Notes under the pieces: model-generated
Database searches by the model: none
Told to the model about the DNA's origin: nothing
The model's input: only the letters and a program-made list of their open reading frames with translations
Part shown: positions 59,665-64,000 of the stretch, in pieces
How positions within the stretch are numbered: position 1 is the first letter of the stretch
Layout of the letters: the number at the start of each line of letters is the position of its first letter
Translations under genes and position numbers: made by a program
Assembly (NCBI RefSeq): GCF_009914755.1
Contig: NC_060947.1
Reading direction: 5' to 3' (one strand)
Length of the DNA: 64,000 nucleotides
Source of the DNA: the human T2T-CHM13v2.0 reference genome, Homo sapiens

Positions 59665-59925
59665 TATAGAATACCAGAAGTTACTCTTCCTAATTGTAAC
59701 TTTGTACCCCTTGACCAACCTTTCTTCATCCCTTCTCTCCCCTACCCTCCCCAGTGTCTGGTAACCACTGTTCTATTTTCTACGTCTATGAGATCTGTGT
59801 GAAGGATATGCTAATTCCTCAGATTTGATCATTACGCAATGTACACATGTATTGAAACATCACATTGTATCCTATAAATATGTACAATTATTATGTGTCA
59901 ATTACAAATAAAAACAATAAAAGTA
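59665..59925 (+). mobile_element. Short L1MA-type 3' end with an inverted 5' segment
   Basis: ~59665-59795 is antisense L1MA 3'UTR (aactttgtaccccttgaccaac..ggtaaccactgttcta); ~59797-59925 is the sense terminus (ggatatgctaatt..tgtacaattattatgtgtcaatta). Confidence 0.72.
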
Positions 59926-60434
59926 ACATAAGATAGTGACATAAAGCCTGGCTGATAGGGCCAGTCCCCTTACCCCTAACACACTTTCCGATGGCAATGA
60001 CCTAGTAGTCAGTATCCAGCTAATATATTACCTCATAAATTCTTCTCCTGCTTCAGCCCAAAGGAGTGTTGCTATTAGAGAAATGTCAGACAATGAGACT
60101 GACTTTGTTGGATTACTAAGATGCAGTTGAAATAGTGAAAGCCAATAACTATCTAGTTGAGACTCCCCCCTGCATTTTAATGTTAGATTACTGACTAGAG
60201 GGGCTTCTAAAACTTTACCAAAAAGCAAAGAAAGCACTTTTGCTGAAAAAATGATGACACTTTTCTAACTCTGGCTTCTTTTTTGGCCCAGGTTTCAAAG
60301 TACTCTTGAAATGTCAGACACTGGAGTGTCAGGAAAGAGACCATCCCCAAAATCCTAAGGAGGACTGGATTTAAGTGGAATTTGAAAAGCCAAAAGTAAA
60401 TAAAACAAACTAACTAAATTCCCTACAGGCTCTC

Positions 60435-60828
60435 TGTATTAGGCCCATTCTTGCATTTCTATAAAGAAAAACCTGAGACTAGGTAACTTAAAGTAGGTTT
60501 AACTGGCTTAGGGTTCCATAGGCTTTATGGTGCTGGCATCTGATCGGCTTCTGGGGATGACTCAGGAAGCTTACAATCATGGCTGAAGATGAAAGAGGAA
60601 CAGGCATGTCACATGGTGAAAGTAGGGACAAGTCAGGGTGGGGATGGGAGTTGCCACATACTTTAAAATGACCAGATCACTGGAGAACCCACTCACTATC
60701 GCAAAGACAGCACCAAGCTATTAGTAATCCACCATGATCCAAAAACCTCTCACCAGGCCCCACCTCCAGCAATGAGGATTACAATTCAACATGAGATTTG
60801 GGCGGGGACAAATATTCAAACTATATCA
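60435..60828 (-). mobile_element. MSTA/B-like MaLR solo LTR
   Basis: tgtattaggcccattcttgcat..caggaagcttacaatcatggc..caacatgagatttgggcggggacaaatattcaaactatatca; TSD ctctc/ccctc. Confidence 0.9.
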
Positions 60829-61087
60829 CCCTCCAAGTCAGCAGCATCCCCATTATTTTATTTTTATGAACCAAAGACCTCTATCAAATGCAAAATGTTT
60901 GAGAAAGGGATGGCATTAGGACACTTGCAGGCATTTTTTCAAAGAGTTTAGATATTAAATTAGATTGTGTTGGAGAGTCATCCCTAAACAAAAAGGACCA
61001 GGGCCTCAACATTATAATGGCCAAGGAGAAAAAGTCTTGTTTACTTGCTGGGTACCGTACCCTGAGGTCTCTGGGGTTCTGGACAAG

Positions 61088-61090
<3 letters not shown>

Positions 61091-61128
<38 letters not shown>

Positions 61129-61143
61129 TGTGTGTGTGTGTGT
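61091..61143. repeat. (TG)n microsatellite with one TC interruption
   Basis: Seen directly. Confidence 0.96.
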
Positions 61144-61892
61144 TGTGGGAAAGGTGGATAAAGAAGGTAGAGAGGAAGGAAAAAAGAAATACTGAAAGTG
61201 GTGGGGGCATTTGAGAAAAAGGTCATTAACTTCCCTGTCTACCTGGATATATAGTCCAGGTGCCAGTAGAGGAAAGGGAGGTTTACAAGCTTCCCAAAGC
61301 CCCCTCCTTAGGCTTGAGGACTCCCTCTACTAGGCTATCACTAAAAATACTATTTCAGTCAAGTCATCTGCTGTGTGTTTATAGGGAAAGCCAATAATAA
61401 ATCTCCAAACCAACGGAAAGAGAGTTTAAGTTATATTTTAAACCAAGCTTCTGCCACATCATGTATCAGCTGGAGAGAATGATACTCTCCAGCATGAGAC
61501 TAGCAGAGTCAAGCTGAGTAGGTATCTTATAAAACTTCAGCAAATTGCTGTACCTACCACAACCGTCAACCCCAAGATAAAGCACTTACTAATTATAGAT
61601 GAACAAATAAAGCTAATCTCAACTATATTTCCAGGATAAAGTCCTAATTGGCTTTCTGTTGATTTGCTCTTCAATAATGGTAAGTAATTGCTTTGAAGCA
61701 AGATATATCATTTAATCAAATTGGTGTTTCTGTTTACAAAAATGTTTCCGTTCCAAGAGGAAAAATGAGACCATTTGATAATGATGGAATACTGACTATT
61801 ATTACCTCCATGTCTGTCATTAGAGGTGCCTATATTCTTAAATATGTCCTGAAAAACTCAACAGAACATTTGCCTTAATCTATTAAAACCAT

Positions 61893-62035
61893 TTCTCCCT
61901 TTCTCTCTCTCTTTCTCTCTCTCTCTCCCTCCCTCCCTCCCTCTCTCTTTGGCTTCTCACTGCCTTTTCTCACATTGCTCCTTTCTCTCTTTTTCTCAAT
62001 CTTTTTCTCTCTCCTTGCATCCATCGTTCTCTCAT
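61893..62035. repeat. CT-rich polypyrimidine low-complexity tract
   Basis: (CT)n and (CCCT)n runs. Confidence 0.85.
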
Positions 62036-62611
62036 TTATACTATCCCTTTCACGACTTGAAGGAAGCTCAGATCTAGACTGACTGTCTGACCTTGGGCAC
62101 TTCACCCTCTGCAGAGGTCCAGGTCTCAGAAAAATATACTGCACTGGATTTGATATAACTAGAAGAAATTAAATTTGATCAATAGTAAAAGAGAACTGTT
62201 CTGACTAAGGGCAGAATGGAATGGCACTGAGGAATTAAGAAACTAAAAGATGGGCATGTTCCCATTGAGCTAGCAAAGGACAAGCTCTATAATTAAAGAT
62301 CGTTTGAAAATCTCAATGTACAGTATAACATCAATGGCTAGCTGGAAGATAGGTAAGCAAACTCTTGTCAATGTGGATGCTACTAAGATAGGGATGGAGA
62401 CCAGTGAAGAATGGGAAATATGATTTTGTTGAGTAAATATTTTAAAACTCTTTTTCTTCCTCCAAATATTTTAAAAGTTTTGAAGACACAGAGAGAGAGA
62501 AAGAGAGAGCGAGAGAGATCATAAATTTTGTATATTTTCAAACCAAAAAGAGAGAATGTACTTTTGAGCTTTAATCACCTCTTAAATATGTGACTTGGGG
62601 TAAAGCCTCAG

Positions 62612-63126
62612 TGTATGTGAGGGCCCAACCAAGAAATCAGAAACCATTTTAGATAGAGTGCTTGAAATAGAGGATATTTAAGAGGAGCTGAGAAGCCAAA
62701 TAGAGGAAAGGGGGATAACCTAGAGATTAGCAACAGCAGGAGCTCACTACTACCCCTAGAACTGAAAAAACAAAAAGAGAAGGTGGTGTTACCAGAGCCC
62801 TGAGGCCAGAGTCACCTAGAAGAAGCTAGAACCACAGCAGGTCTCTCTTGCGGGAGCTGGAGCCACAGAGGAAAGGCAGCCCCAGCTGAAGGTGCTGCCC
62901 CAGGCTGGAGGATGAGGGAGCAGTAAGAAATACCCTTGCCTCTTCCTACCTCCCACCCTCCAATCTCTTAACTGCATCTCCCTTTTGCTGAACATAGCCA
63001 GAAGCAAGTTATGTCTGGAAAGCCTGAGAAATACATCTTAAAGGGGTTAGCATCCCTGTGCTACAAAGCAAGGTAAGGGAAAGGCAAGGAATGAATCTGA
63101 GGGCATATAGGCCAAGGATTGATACA
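62612..63126 (-). mobile_element. Ancient ERV-type LTR (LTR78/79-like) splitting a MIR
   Basis: tg..ca bounded ~510 bp block (gagctgagaagccaaa..agagattagcaacagcagga..gccagaagc) between MIR-like halves (tgtgacttgggg..gcctcagt | ttttccttttctataaa..cagtgcctggc). Family assignment tentative. Confidence 0.5.
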
Positions 63127-64000
63127 CTTATTTTCCTTTTCTATAAAGTAGGGACAATAGTACCTACCTCCCCAAGTTAATGAGACAAATTAATTAAAGT
63201 ATATATCCAAAGTGCCTAACACAGTGCCTGGCCTAAAGCAATACTCAATACATTTTAATTTTTTCTTAGTTTTAAGGGTTTGAGAAATTCATTTTTCCCC
63301 AAAATGCTTGAGTACACCCAGAACTAAACACTGCTTGTATATTAAGAGCCCTTTTTTCTAAGACACAATTAGCTAATGTCAAAAATTTTTGCTCATATTT
63401 TCATACACATTTTTATACAGTTTCATGTGTACTAATTATTAACATTCCTCTTAAAAGAAATAAAATTATTTCTTTCTAAATGGTCATTTCAGTCTTTTCA
63501 CTTTCATATCAGACTTATGTCCCATTTTGCCAAATAAACTATATTCTTGCCTGATTTTGATATGTCCCTATAAATTGATATCTCTTAGGATATCAGTTTG
63601 TAATGCACAGTGGTCCAGATCCAAAAGAGCTAATGAATTATATTAGTGAATACTAAAAGGGGACTTTTGTGAAGGAAGAAAGTCCCTCAACAAAAGGCTA
63701 ACTGAAGATAAATATCCCCACTGTCAAACACCAGCTGGGCCCAAAACCTTCCGTTTATGTTAGAGAGACCTCTGTCTTACAAATGTGTCCTTCAGCCCCC
63801 TAGACCAACCATGAATACTTAAGCAAAGAAATTTTGGAAAACCTTTGCTAGCATTTTCAGAAAATAAAAATGCAAAGATTGAGACAGAGGGAATATTTAA
63901 GCCTCGTGCATTATTTGTAATTTGAGATGTTGATCATGAAAGGGAATTTGTGTTTCAATCACCTATGCCGCCACTTAGGAAATTCATTCCTAAGTGATTT

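Noticed and set aside
61469-61493. Hairpin GCTGGAGAG-N7-CTCTCCAGC
   Set aside because: A single 9-bp stem is expected by chance in 64 kb, and it has no miRNA-length or terminator context.

Overview
AT-rich primate (human-like) non-coding genomic DNA, intronic or intergenic. I recognise no host protein-coding exon, CpG island, prokaryotic gene or CRISPR array. Much of the window is interspersed repeat: L1 of many ages, Alu/FLAM, MIR, L2, MaLR/ERVL LTRs, Tigger/MER DNA elements and microsatellites. The only ORFs with recognisable protein sequence are L1 ORF2p remnants; the longest is 852 aa with an intact RT region, in a 5'-truncated L1PA3-like copy. Two things stand out. (1) A ~2.15 kb L1PA7-like palindrome (21742-23888) with two ~960 bp arms, each carrying a 3' tail, around a 224 bp spacer. 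The arms are ~97% identical, share many non-consensus variants and appear to lie inside one target-site duplication (TSD). (2) A 38-nt 5' half of elongator tRNA-Met(CAT), ending at the anticodon loop and tailless, hidden in a microsatellite at 26424-26461. I see no evidence for a new multi-gene system. Subfamily names come from recalled consensus sequences, difference counts are manual, and boundaries of ancient repeats are approximate.
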